Positions 28,015 through 40,841 of a DNA stretch of 64,000 nucleotides are shown here, piece after piece. Numbering within the stretch: position 1 is the first letter of the stretch; each line of letters begins with the position of its first letter. The notes under the pieces are model-generated. The model saw only the letters and a program-made list of their open reading frames with translations, made no database searches and had not been told where the DNA came from. The DNA comes from Octopus vulgaris (taxonomy: Eukaryota). Position numbers and translations under genes: made by a program. Location: assembly GCA_951406725.2 (NCBI GenBank), contig OX597825.1:74586001-74650000 (forward strand), given 5' to 3'.

Positions 28015-28630
28015 CTTAGAATACCACCTTGGTCTCAGCCACCAACTCACTGTTGATATTGCCGCACATTACACGTAGTAGGCCGTAGGATTACCATCAG
28101 AAGGATTAGGAGGTCAGAAATTGAGGCTGGTGAAGACGTGAAAATCCTCCGACAACCACTTCTGACTTTTTCCGAGGACATGAGAAAGAATCGAATGTTG
28201 CTGCCACACATACTGCCTTCCCGCAACAACTGACAGGGTATGATCACAGCCTCCAGCAGCTTCACATAGCAGTCTGAATTGAGCGTAAGGCCCTGTTCAA
28301 AGACGTGAAGATGAGTGTCGGTGTGCGAACGCAGTCAGAACTCCCGCTGCCCCTGTCTTCTTGTAGCATCCGTTGCAGCTGTCTATATCACGTCTCACAG
28401 TCTTTACAATGTTCACAGAGCATCGAGTAGAACTATTGATATCAGCATGCTGATACTTTGCACGAATCTTCAAAGTGCAGGTAACTCTTGTCCATGTCCA
28501 TGTCAGCTAACTTTTTCTCAGCAAATTTAATCTTTATACTAACAACACCTCTGACGGATCATCAATACATCAATCTGTTCCTCAAAAAGTGTGGCATAAA
28601 ATATCAAATTTAGCACGAACACCCTCTATA
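27507..28630 (-). mobile_element. Decayed maT/DD37D-like Tc1-mariner element with both TIRs, split by a (TA)n-associated insertion
   Basis: TIRs ta-cacgggctgttcgggctaattttgac / atcaaatttagcacgaacaccctcta-ta; minus-strand HVFEQGLTLNSDCYVKLLEAVIIP, GRQYVWQQ, KSQKWLSEDF, PPNPSDGNPTAYYV, and C-terminus KACTKFRSHLEAVLDDECDYFE*. Confidence 0.75.
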
Positions 28631-29301
28631 ACTTTTACATGGTTTTGCTTCAGTGTTAGATATTAATATTTACATGTACAATTGATACAAGAATATATTT
28701 TACAGTTAACTGAACTGTCTACGTCTATTTTTATTTAACTGACATTTGGAACGTGTATTGCATCGCACACATCTCTCTTTCCCCCTCCCTCACTTGTCTC
28801 TTATTTTCTGTTACTCTTCCTCATTCGTTTTTTCCCACTCCGTTACTTTCCCTCTCTCACTCATACCTTCTTTGTTTCACAGATACACTCTCTCTCCCAC
28901 TCCCTCACTCTTTCTCTCTCACTCTCTCTCTCTCTTCGTTTCGCCGCAGGTCAGAAGATCTAAGATCAAAGCATCGATGCCATAAACATGTATTACCATG
29001 CTGACATAGTGAGTACATCTATATGCGTATATGCGCGTATGTGAGAATGATGTTTATACATATAGATATGTATACATATATACATATCAATATCATATGA
29101 ACGTGTTTGCGTACATATAATATATATATTTCGTTTTGTATTTTGTTTACAAGATACTTTATCTGAATTCGGGTGCTGAAACATATTTTCTATACTTTTA
29201 GAAAAAATAAGTAAATGAGTGGAAATCGAACCGGTGAGTGTGTTAAGCAATAAAGCACTAAAAGAGAATGACACTCCCCAGATACTATAATATACATATA
29301 C

Positions 29302-29375
<74 letters not shown>

Positions 29376-29531
29376 GCATATTGACCATTTGAATATGGCT
29401 AACCCATAAGGGTGGATGCTACTGTAGTTTGTAGCCCCAGGAAGATATCTCCTCCAGCTGGCTATAGACACACTATCTGTGTCCTCTCAGTATTTGTGAA
29501 GGGGAGTCATCCTCCCCGTCTTCAACATATG

Positions 29532-29609
<78 letters not shown>

Positions 29610-30242
29610 GTGTGTGTATATATATATATATATAGCCATTGTGTCAAACTCCATTATAAAGCAAAGAATCCTCGTTGTACCCATGTAGGAAGTAGAAGCA
29701 GAGGTGCGCAGCTACGGCTATGATAAATTACACTGCCATAGGGATTTCAGTTGCATAACTGTGTCGAAGTTCGAACATCAACGTCCTTTGTGAACAAACG
29801 CCTTCTTTCCTATTTAACCTCTTTATGTATATATAAGCACAATAATTTTATCCTCAACTCGTATTATAGTTTTCAATTTTCTAAAGCATTCATTTGAATA
29901 AACAGATCTTAAGAAAACGTTATTAGCGTCACAAATTATATTACTTTGAGAAAACTGTTTTATGAATACTGGCTTGTTCAGTATGATTTTTGTTTTTGTG
30001 CTTTTCGGGAGTTTTTTTCTATCATTTTTCTCATGAAAAACTGACTTAACTATTATCGTTATTTGAAGGTCAAACAGAAATTTATAAAGTATTCATAGCC
30101 AATCATAATTTTAATTATTGGAAAATGCAATAATAAAATAATGATTATTCGAAGCGCGAAATTAGCGAATAATTAAACAAAATCTTATTTGTTTTAGAAA
30201 CATGGTAACTAATGGCTTTCATTACTACTCGATAGTGGGTCG

Positions 30243-30910
30243 GAGAGCAGGCAGAATCATTTGCATGCGGGGCATAATGCTTAGCGGCATTTCATCCCTC
30301 GTTACGTTTTGAGTTCAAAATCCGCCGAGGTTGACTCTACCTTTCAACCCTTCGCGGTCGATAAAATAAATACCAGTTGAACACTGGGGTCCTTCTAATT
30401 GACTTATCCCTTCTTCGAACTTGCTGGCCTTGTGCCAAAATTTGAAACTATTATTACAAGACTATAATATTGCATCTTAGTAGTAGTAGTATTAGAGCGT
30501 CAGTGAAAAATTCTTAGTGTCATTTCTTCCGGCTCTTTGCGTTCTCAGGTCAAATTCTGATGAGGCAGAGTTTGCCTTTCATTCTATCTGGATCGATAAA
30601 ATAAGTACTAAAGAAGTACTAGGATTGATGTAATCGATCTGCTCCTCCCGTCATAATTGCCGGCCCTGTGCCAAAGTTAGAAAGAAGCATGACTGGAATA
30701 TAACAGTGCAAGGAATTAACGAAATCGTTAGAGCGTCAGACGGAATGTTTCCCGGTAATTTGTTTCTGCTCTTCACGTTCTGGGCTCAAATATTCCTGAT
30801 GTCAGCTTTGCCTTTCAATCCTTCCAGGGTCGATGAAATTACTAGACAAGTCCTACCGAAATTATTGTTGATTAACTCTCTCTCTCCTAAACTTCAGGCT
30901 TTGTGTCTAT
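30243..30910 (+). mobile_element. Three tandem SINE-A copies
   Basis: Cores near 30310, 30545 and 30780, each followed by a 'ggcc(t/c)tgtg'-type tail. Confidence 0.8.
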
Positions 30911-31189
30911 GTTATAAAGCAATCACAGACAAAGTGCGGCCCGCAGGAGTTTCCTGAATGACACACCTAACAAAAAATTTCCTTGAATTTTCTGTTTCCG
31001 TAGAATAGTCTGCCTGATGATGAGCCAGGTCTCATGCAACCCATCTCTCGAAAAGAGCTGCCCATGTTTATAATGGATTATTCGAAGAATTTCGATCCCT
31101 TGAAATGGAAAACAATGTGATTGTCAACAAGGTCTTGTTTTCTTTTGTTTTTTTATGATAAAATATGAAACCAACCCTCTGAGTAATTA

Positions 31190-31400
31190 AGTCGGTGATC
31201 TGTCAGAATCGTTACTACGCTGGGTAAAACACTAAACGGCATTTCATGTCTTTACGTTCTGAGTTAAAATTCCTCTGAGCTTGACTTTGCCTTTCACCCT
31301 TTAAGTGTTGATAAAATAAGTACTAGTTGATCACTGAGGTCGATGTAATCGATTCATCCTCCCCGTCCCCGAATTAGCTGGCATTGTGCCAAAATTTGAA
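31190..31400 (+). mobile_element. SINE family A
   Basis: Head, core and tail 'gtgccaaaatttgaa'. Confidence 0.85.
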
Positions 31401-31774
31401 GAGCTGCCCATGTTTATAATGGATTATTCGAAGAATTTCGATCCCTTGAAATGGAAAAACAATGTGATTGTTAACAAGGTTATTGTTGCTGTTGTTGTTT
31501 TTTTAATCCAGTCATGCCGGATCCTGAACATCTTTGATCAAAATCATTCCAGCCATGACCATGCCATCTTTTGAGATACATTATATTTGTAACTGTATAA
31601 GCCAATATGTATGTCCTTCTTTTATTTAAGATAGTAAAGTTGCAATTTGAATGACATTCAGCTTCTATTTCTACTAGGTTGAAGCCACCTCATTCGCTCC
31701 TTATAAGTACGTTTTATCTTCTCTCCCTGCACAATAATGATTTTATTAAGTGTGCCTTTTATACAAAATTATCA

Positions 31775-31950
31775 AGGCAGCGAACTGGCAGAATCGTTAG
31801 CATGCCGGGCTTCATGTTCCGCCGAGGCCGACTTTGCCCATAATCCTTTTGGGGTCGATAAAATAAGTACCGGTTGAGCACTGTGGTCGATATAACCGAT
31901 TTACCCACTCCCCCGAAGTTACTGGCCTTGTACCAAAAATTGAAACCATT
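31775..31950 (+). mobile_element. SINE family A, internal deletion
   Basis: 'aaggcagcgaactggcagaatcgttagc...ggggtcgataaaataagtacc'. Confidence 0.85.
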
Positions 31951-33087
31951 ATTTGATAATAACTACTGGTTATTGGAATAGCAGTATTACTACTTCTAGT
32001 TTCAGCGCCGGCTGCTTGTCAGTTCCAGAATTCTCTGTCAATAACCCTCAACTCCGCAAATTATGTAAAAAGCAAGAGTGAAAGCAAATAAGCATTTCTT
32101 GGTTTTGTGAATATATGTATTGCACATTCGAAGAATTGTCTGCTTAGCGAAAAATAAGATGAAACAACGCTACGATTAACAAACTTAAATTATTAATTTG
32201 TGACATCTTTATTACATTGATTGCGACTGTATTCTCATCAGCAATAAAGTTAAACTGTACTTGCCTCATAGGTTTCACTGTCTATATGTCAGAGATAATT
32301 TAGAAAAAAATGTTTCTTTGCTTCAATTGTAAATATCATTTACAGAAAATTCTGATTAAATTAATAGCAGCTAATGTAATGTTGATTCTTCAGTGGAGAT
32401 TTGACATAGCCAGAAGTTTACAATAATTTATTTTATAGTCATACACGTAAAAAAAAATTGAATTGTCAATTTGGGAAAGAGTAATTATGTAATTTTAAGT
32501 TACAATAATTTATACAAAATACATGAAAGAGTTTAGCATTTCAACAACCAAAAAAATAAACTGAAAGAATCAAATGTAATGAGCATTTGTTAAACATACA
32601 TACCTGTCAAGTTATAATACAAATATGGTTTGAAGCAAGCGAGAAACAGTATTAAAATACGTTGCTCATCAAATAACAAGTGCAGAAATTGTATTGAGGA
32701 AAACAAATTGAGTTTATGATGTCAGCAGAATGAAAATGAAGTCGTGTCAAATTGGATCAAAGATAGTAGGAGTGAGTCTTTGTTAAGGACGGGTTGAATG
32801 ACGGTCTTTAGTGCGCAGTCTGAGAAGAGGCGCAATATCAGTGACGTGATAGAAAGATGAGCAAAATGTCTTTTTCAGTGGAGGTTGTATGTAACCAACC
32901 AGTTTATAAGATGAAAGGAACAGAAATAGAATCAAGAGACAGCGCGTTTGTGGTACAGACGTAGTAGTATTGTATTGGCGAGGTAGACTTCGCAAATCTG
33001 TTTTGAGACCTTCCTTTAGATAGAGTGCGCTATAAAATATGTACACTGTGTGTATGAGTATGTCTGTGTGTGTTTGTGTATGTGTGT

Positions 33088-33176
<89 letters not shown>

Positions 33177-33530
33177 AGGGACAACATCACTGTCGGAAAT
33201 CCTGGACCACAACTTCGTTGTAGGTTTCACTTGTGGAGGGGCAGACCCTGATGAAAAGTGAATTGTTGTCAGTCAGGCTGAAAAGATAGCTTAGTCCTTC
33301 GTTTTGCACTTTTAGCTGTTACATAAGTGTGCCTGCTAGGGAAAGATTATCAGAGATAGTGAAGCGCAACAGTAATAAATATTTTGTGGGTTTTCCATTT
33401 GCATGTTTATTCAGAAGTAAAAAGTAATAAGTCACGAGTAACGAACAGTAATCTCTATGTAGTGTTGACAGAAACAAATTTGTACGAGGCTTAGAAATTT
33501 GCAATCTTAAGCCGGAAATCCAATTTCTTC

Positions 33531-33902
<372 letters not shown>

Positions 33903-34903
33903 TCAAAGCATGAAGTATCGACAATGTTTCGTTAAATCTCTTTTATCTACCGAGGTAGAATATATAAAGAGTATCAACCAACTCACCAATCGTTAAGATA
34001 TTATTGTTTACCAGATAACGAGCAACATAAGAGAAACTCACTGTGTATGGCTGGCGTACTAATACCTTTTTTCTTTACTATGATCAATCAGTTAGTTAGT
34101 CAGCCATTTTCAGATGATATGTTCCATGCAGTTATTGAAAGCTGTCCATTTCATTTACTGTTTGGATTTCAAATCAACTTTTTATTGTAAGGCTTTATAC
34201 CTCAACAAAGGAAACGCTTTTGTAGAGAATTACATTATACTTTCTCCGTGCCAGCAAAACTTCATTCACTCGTTTCTTATTTATTCAAATACTTGTCTGT
34301 TTTATGTGTTAACCACTATGCTGCAAACAAGTGATGTTCCCTGGTCATTGTGACATGAATAACTAGTCGTGCTGTAACGTTATCTCATGTGATTTTACAT
34401 CGAGACGATACATCAAACCAGAGTCCTTATATTAAAGTGGCTAACGTTCAAAGACCGGCATTAGAAGAGATATTTCATCATATACATACTATGTATGCTT
34501 ATCACTGTATAATGTAGTGAAGGCATAGGGATAATCATATAGTGTAGCAGCAACACCAGGCTCGACCATTCATATTTGGATGCTTATCAAGAGAGATAAA
34601 TATGGCCGTAAATATATTTGTTAACATACGAAAGGAAGTACCTATTTTTGTTTCTTTTTTTTTTCGCCACAAGTAGTTTGTAATAACTATGACTAATAAA
34701 AAAGCAATTTTTTCCTTCTCATAAGAAAATGCGTGTCCCAATAACATTAGTAATAACCAGAGATGTTGTATCGATCATTTCTACGCCAAGCGCATCTCTA
34801 TTATTACAGACGTGAGCTGGCTTCAGCTCTCCGTTGAAACAATCAGTGTTTAGTAATGCAAAAGCTTACTCTTGTCATACCATGGGCGTAACGAGTGATT
34901 AAA

Positions 34904-34975
<72 letters not shown>

Positions 34976-35005
34976 CATTATTATTATCATTATTATTATT
35001 ATTAT

Positions 35006-36035
35006 TTATGGGTTTTTCTTCTTCTTTCAAATTTACTTCCATTTCTTGCTGGGTGTCTTCCCGACTCCTAGGGTAAAGAAACTCATTGTACACATTGGTA
35101 GGCCATTAAACTAAACTCACTAGTTCGTTCATTTTTTTTTTTGATAGAAATAAAGTTAAATTAAAATACATGGGTAGTAATAGTTCTCACATCGACAATG
35201 CTCTTCTCAATACGTGTGATGTACCAGTTAAGACAATATTTTGCACTTCTTGCAGGGATGGTAAGCCAGGGATCATTCTCATATAATTTTCGGTTCCCTT
35301 CTTCATCATTCCTAGTGCTCCTACGATCACTGGTATTGTAACCGCCTTGAGATGCCACATTTTCTCGATTTCAATGAGCAAGTCTTTATATTTTCTGAGT
35401 TTGTCAAATTCTTTCGCCGAGATATTATGATCACAGGGGATGCTCATGTCAATCAATAAGCAAACTTTATTGTTTTGGTCTTTCACAACAATATCCGGTT
35501 TATTGGCTTTGATGGTTCGGTCTGTATGTACTGGAGTGTCCCACATAATCGTTACATTTTCTCCTTCACTTACAGCTTCAGGGTGGTGATTATACCATTT
35601 GTCGGCAGTTTTGATAGTGTAATGCCGACTTATTAGCCAGTGTAGATATTGGCCAACTCTATCATGTCTTAATTTATACTCCACTGGTGCTAAGACTTTA
35701 CATCCAGAGATTAGGTGATCCACTGTTTCAATCATGTCGTTGCAGAATCGGCATTTTGGGTCTGCTCCATTCTTCATCACATTGGCCTGGTAGTTCCGGG
35801 TTAATAGGCTTTGATCTTGAGCAGCCAGGATGAAACCTTCGCTCTCCGCTTTTAGCCCTGAGCTCCGTAGCCACTAATGGCTTTGCTTCTGGTCAACATC
35901 AGCTTGTTTGCTACGGGCTACATATTTACCGTGCAGAGGTTTCTCCTCCCACCTATCAGCCAATTGCTCGTGCGCTTTTTTTGTTGCCATTATTTTCACC
36001 TTCTTTGCAACAATAGTTGCCGTACTTCCCTCGGG

Positions 36036-36038
<3 letters not shown>
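35006..36038 (-). mobile_element. 5'-truncated R4/Dong-type non-LTR retrotransposon (CCHC knuckle plus restriction-like endonuclease) in (AAT)n
   Basis: One frame from about 36035 to 35187 with a single internal stop (35874-35876): KPLHGKY, ESEGFILAAQDQSLLTRNY, CRFC..ETVDHLISGC, RHD, KPDIVV...IDMSIP...K..KY, PVIVGALG; about 180-bp 3'UTR; (AAT)n on both flanks. Confidence 0.92.
35187..36035 (-). pseudogene. C-terminal RLE domain of the retrotransposon ORF
   Basis: ORF-track 197-aa ORF plus in-frame upstream extension across one TAG. Confidence 0.88.
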
Positions 36039-36121
<83 letters not shown>

Positions 36122-36154
36122 TTACTATTATTATTATTATTATTATTATTATGA

Positions 36155-36320
36155 AATGGCGGGCTGGCAGAATCGTTAGCACGCTGGGTAAAATGCTTCG
36201 CGACATTTTATCCGCTTTACGTTCTGAGTTACCCCCACCCCTAGATTTTTGGCCCTGTACCAATATTTGAAATCATCATCATCATCATTATTATTATTAT
36301 TATTATTATTATCATCATCA

Positions 36321-36381
<61 letters not shown>

Positions 36382-37230
36382 CATCATCATCATTATTATT
36401 ATTATTATTATTATTATCATCATCATCATCAGGTGGTGAGCTGGCAGAACTTAGCACACCGGACAAAATGCTTAGGGACATTTCGTCCGTCTATACACTT
36501 TGAGTTCAAATTCTGCCGGAACCGGCTTTGCCATTTCTTCCTCTCTTGATCGATAAGTAGCAGTCAAGCACTGGGGTCGAGGTAATCGATTTGCGCCTTC
36601 CAACAAATTTCGAGCCGAGTTCCTATAACAGGAAGGATTATTAAGGCGGCGAGCTGGCAGAAACGTTAGCACGCCGGGCGAAATGCGTAGCCGTATTTCG
36701 TCTGCCGCTACATTCTGAGTTCAAATTCCGCCAAGGTCGACTTTGCCTTTCATCCTTTCGGGGTCGATAAATTAAGTACCAGTTACGCACTGAGGCCGAT
36801 ATAATCGACTTAATCCGTTTGTCTGTCCTTGTTTGTCCTCTCTGTGTTTAACCCCTTGTGGGTAGTAAACAAATAGGTATTTCTTCTGACTCTTTACGTT
36901 CTGATTTCAAATGCCACCTAGGTCAACTTTGCTTTTCATCCTTTGGGGTCGATAAAATCATATAAAGTACTGTTGGGGTCGAAGTAATCCATTAGCCCAT
37001 CCCTCCAAAATTGCTGGCCCTGTATCAACGATCTAGCGACCTGGCAGAATCCCTAGAGGCATAGGAAAAATTCTTTAGCTGTATTTGTTCCGTCTGTTGA
37101 CGTTGTGAGTTGAATTCTCACCGGGCTCAACTTAACCTCTCATCCTTCTGGTGTCAGTAAAATGAAACACCAGTTAATTTGACTAATCTTCTCCCCTCAT
37201 GAATGCTGGTTGATCTTGTTCCTAAATAAG
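36155..37230 (+). mobile_element. Array of about 4-5 SINE-A units interspersed with (ATT/ATC)n
   Basis: Heads near 36157, 36432, 36644 and 37035; core re-iterated at 36878. Confidence 0.88.
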
Positions 37231-37547
37231 ATGTTATTATTGTTGACGATCATTTAAAACACATTGAACGATTTTACAAACCAATGTTGTTGCTCTTCTA
37301 CCATGAATTCGTGCTCAGCTCCAGGTCAACCTTTATCAAGGAGAAGAAGACATATGATGGAAGGCCTTTCACCTGCGAACAAATTTGATGGATAGATTCA
37401 TGGTATTAAGAAGCTGTTACTGTGTAGTTCGATAAAGATTTGACTGCAATTTACAGTGCTTATAGCGCTGAAGCATTCTCTTCCACCCTCAAACTTATCT
37501 GTTTCTCTCTTTCTGTCTTTGTGGGTGGGGTGTATCTATTTTTCTGT

Positions 37548-37695
37548 TGTGAAGACATGTGGTTTAATGGTTAGGATATTTGGCTCATGATCGTAAGTTC
37601 GTGAGTTCAATACCCAGCGGAACGACAATTTATTTCCCGTTACTCCACTCCACTCAGTTGGTAAAAATGAGCCGTACCTGTAATTCAAAAGGTAT
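37548..37695 (+). mobile_element. Partial SINE with C-like head
   Basis: 'gtgaagacatgtggtttaatggttagg...gtgagttcaatacccag...cactcagttggtaaaaatgag'. Confidence 0.6.
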
Positions 37696-37734
37696 CTCCA
37701 GACTGATAAAGCTATAGATAATAACATGTAAATA

Positions 37735-37951
37735 TCCTTTTCTATTCTAGGCACATGACTCGAAATTTTCGGGGAGGAGGCCAGTCGATTAGATCGACCC
37801 CCAGTGCGCAACTGGTACTTAATTTATCGACCCCGAAAGGATGAAAGGAAAAGTCGACCTCGGTGAAATTTGAACTCAGAACGTAAAGACAGACGAAATA
37901 CCGTTAATCATTTCGTCCGGTGTGCTAATGTTTCTGCCAGCTCGCCGCCTT
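37735..37951 (-). mobile_element. SINE family A, well-preserved copy
   Basis: Reverse 'aaggcggcgagctggcagaaacattagcacaccggacgaaatg...gttctgagttcaaatttcaccgaggtcgac'. Confidence 0.92.
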
Positions 37952-39399
37952 AATAATCTATAAATTCAGGGTTCTTTTTATGACGTCAACAAAATTATAC
38001 GTATGTATGAATGTGGGATGTCAACAACATTATACGCATATAATTTTATATTATCTATTTAGTTATTGAATATCGCAATTCGTGAGCAACCACGTTGATG
38101 GTTACTTATGTTCAAGAATCTAGGCAACTGTATAGAATTTAGAACCATTTGGTTACGAAGTACACCTCTAAACTGTAGGACCACTTTGGCGTACATTGTG
38201 TAGACAACACTCCATCAGCCGAACATCTTCCCCTTGAAATTCAGAAATTTAGAGTCGAAAGAAGTTACAAACACACCCAAGGTACCTGTCGGTGGTGTTA
38301 AAATAGGTGAAGGATTAGGTCTATCAGACAAGGAGGCTATTATAAGATTTGAATTCAGAACGCAGAGTTGGAGCTGTCCTAATCTGATAATTATATCCTA
38401 ACACACTCGGAAATTTCAGCTGCAATCTCATGCTTGAAGACACCCGGGAAACATCAGTATCGGTCGATTAAGTAGACTTTTGTATATACTTTCATTTATT
38501 TTATCGACCTCTTGCGAGGTCGATAAAAGATAGTGTTGACATGGGTGGGATTCGATCACAGAACTTAAAGGGGTGAGACAAACACAGTAACATATTTTAT
38601 CCGACGCTCTAATGATTTTACCAATCTCCTAGCTTGCTGTAACATAAAATACTTAATGTAAAATAGTTAATAGCGCTAGAGATTATTGACTAATCCATCG
38701 TCTTGTTCGATGTGAATATTGATTTGTATGATTGCTATCTCTATATCTTCCAACACTGTTGTTGCCATGGTTATCTACTCCGCTTTAGCTCAAGTTAAGA
38801 GATTTCTATTTACTGCTCAAAATGACGCACCGCTCGTATATGCAAAGAGCCTTGTTTGTTGTCGCAGCAAGCACAACCTTTACAATTACTGTCATTACAT
38901 TATTAAACCATACGCACTTACAGATATCTGCAATAAGTTATCCTACTCTCTCATTCGCGAGTCAATGACGGAGCTCTTCGTTTGGTGGATCGACCAGCAA
39001 GAAATAGCAGCTAAACATCTTACCTTCTTAAAATAGAAGTATACATTGAATGATGTAGAATTAGACACGACTGGAAAGAGTTTAATCAATTTCTGCTCTA
39101 TCAGCGATAACCGGAGTTTAAACGATACAGACCACACTATCCCTTTCTCTCCGTTTCAGTCTAAACATAAAACACCATACGCTTTAATAAATTAGTAAAG
39201 TCAATAATTGCATTAGTTTTAAATATTGTGTTGTCATTCTCATCAGCAGACTTGAATCTGTGTCAGTTCACAGTATACACACATACGTTTGCGTTGGTAC
39301 ATTGCAATTAGAATAGGTCAACCGCACAGGTTACGTTTACTGTTAATGTATGTCAAAATATTTGCCTCGATGTATCTCTAAGATACTTGGCTCGAAGTA

Positions 39400-39780
39400 T
39401 ACTCTTTTACTCTCTCTCTCTCTCTCTTTTACCTGTTTCAGTCATTTGACTGTGGCCTTACTGGAGCACCGCCTTTAGTCGAGCTAATCGACCCCAGGAC
39501 TTATTCTTTGTAAGCCTAGTACTTATTCTATCGGTCACTTTTGCCGAGCCGCTATGTTACGGCGATGAAAACACACCAGCATCGGTTATCAAGCGATGTT
39601 GGGGAGACAAACACAGACACACAAACGTATACACACACATACATATATATACATATATACGACGGGCTTCTTTCAGTTTCCCTCTACCAAATCCACTCAG
39701 AAGACTTTGGTCCGCCCGAAGCTATAGAAGACACTTGCCCAAGGTGCCACGCAGTGGGACTGAACCCGGAACCATCTGGT
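39400..39780 (-). mobile_element. SINE family B lacking its 5' end (A-box region)
   Basis: Colinear with 62574-62986. Confidence 0.9.
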
Positions 39781-40246
39781 GGGTTAAACAGTGGTGTAGT
39801 GAAAAGATATTTCACATCGCGGACTAACTCAGAGGTTGATTTAAATTCCATATCAAAAAATGCTCTGAAGTTACACCAGCAGAAGACATTCTTTGAAACC
39901 CTTTGCACATATAATGGGAACAACATCAATTAGGGGCTTCAACAAATGCGATCAAACCTTTCAAATTAGTGCCTGTATATCCATTTTCCTTAACCCATAA
40001 AGTGCTGGGATTTGCACTTACATAGCATGGACTGCTGAGAACATTTTATGAAAATGAAACCACCATGCAAAACATAAAATGTTTTTAAATAGTTAGAATA
40101 TCTTCTTAGTATATAATGGTGGCAAGTTTTACATCATCAGAAAAGTCATTAGTTGAACTATTAGTCCCCTTGCATTCTGGCGAGTATCGGAGCGTTTGGG
40201 TGACGTTAGACCCCAACAAACTCCCATAAATTAAATGCATTTATCT

Positions 40247-40317
40247 GGGTCACGATCGTGGCCTGTCGACCTGTACCTGAGGGCCACGATCGTGGCCCGT
40301 CGCGCTTTACGTGTTAA
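40247..40317. mobile_element. Possible piggyBac-like terminus
   Basis: Two copies of the palindrome gggccacgatcgtggccc (perfect at 40281-40298), followed by 'acgtg-TTAA'; partner end not found. Confidence 0.45.
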
Positions 40318-40841
40318 CATCACACAAAATAGATTATCTGCATAATTTTCAAGCAGTGTTTTAAATACCTCCAATCAACCGACTGCATTCTTCTATATTT
40401 CTATCACGTCAATATATGTTCCGTATTGAAAACTAACGGAGATTAACTGCAACTTACAACTGCTAAACACTCAGTAAATCTCTTCTCTTCTTGTCTTCTT
40501 TTAATTATTGTTGAAGGATTTCTTCACTTTTCTTATACGATCACCATTTTCTTTAAAACAGAACGGTTTACCTTATAAGCTTCTTACCTGAATTTCCTAC
40601 TTTTTCTCTGTTGATTTATTGTTTCAGAATAAAAGAAATTACTTCCTCGTTCATAAAGGCACAACTGTAAGAAGAAAGTCATATTTTATAGCATAATGCA
40701 AATACCTCAGGATAGAGAGTATGCAGTGTCAATAACTCATTTAGTTATTTAATCTTGTATCCCTTGTTTGTAAACACGTTCTTAATTTGTTTCCAGTATA
40801 TTAATCAACAGATAGCTGTTAGTAATTACTATTTCTTAGAC

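Noticed and set aside
31010-31060. CTGATGA followed by a tgag/ctca hairpin
   Set aside because: No GAAA after stem II and no stem III/UH
33220-33300. Possible pre-miRNA hairpin or hammerhead (ttcactt...aagtgaa; ctgatga...gaaa)
   Set aside because: Only a 7-bp outer stem, and hammerhead stem II does not pair
34365-34517. Short open frame with a possible GT donor (…RDDTSNQSPYIKVANVQRPALEEIFHH…)
   Set aside because: No recognisable domain, no convincing acceptor or start, and length expected by chance
36038-36660. Idea that SINE-A is mobilised by the adjacent Dong-like element
   Set aside because: SINE-A sense strand abuts (ATT)n whereas the Dong-like sense strand abuts (AAT)n; no shared 3' end; TSD-bounded SINE-A copies (16836, 42942) lie outside microsatellites
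38761-38774. RFX X-box-like GTTGCCATGGTTAT
   Set aside because: Right half-site is imperfect and no linked gene is visible
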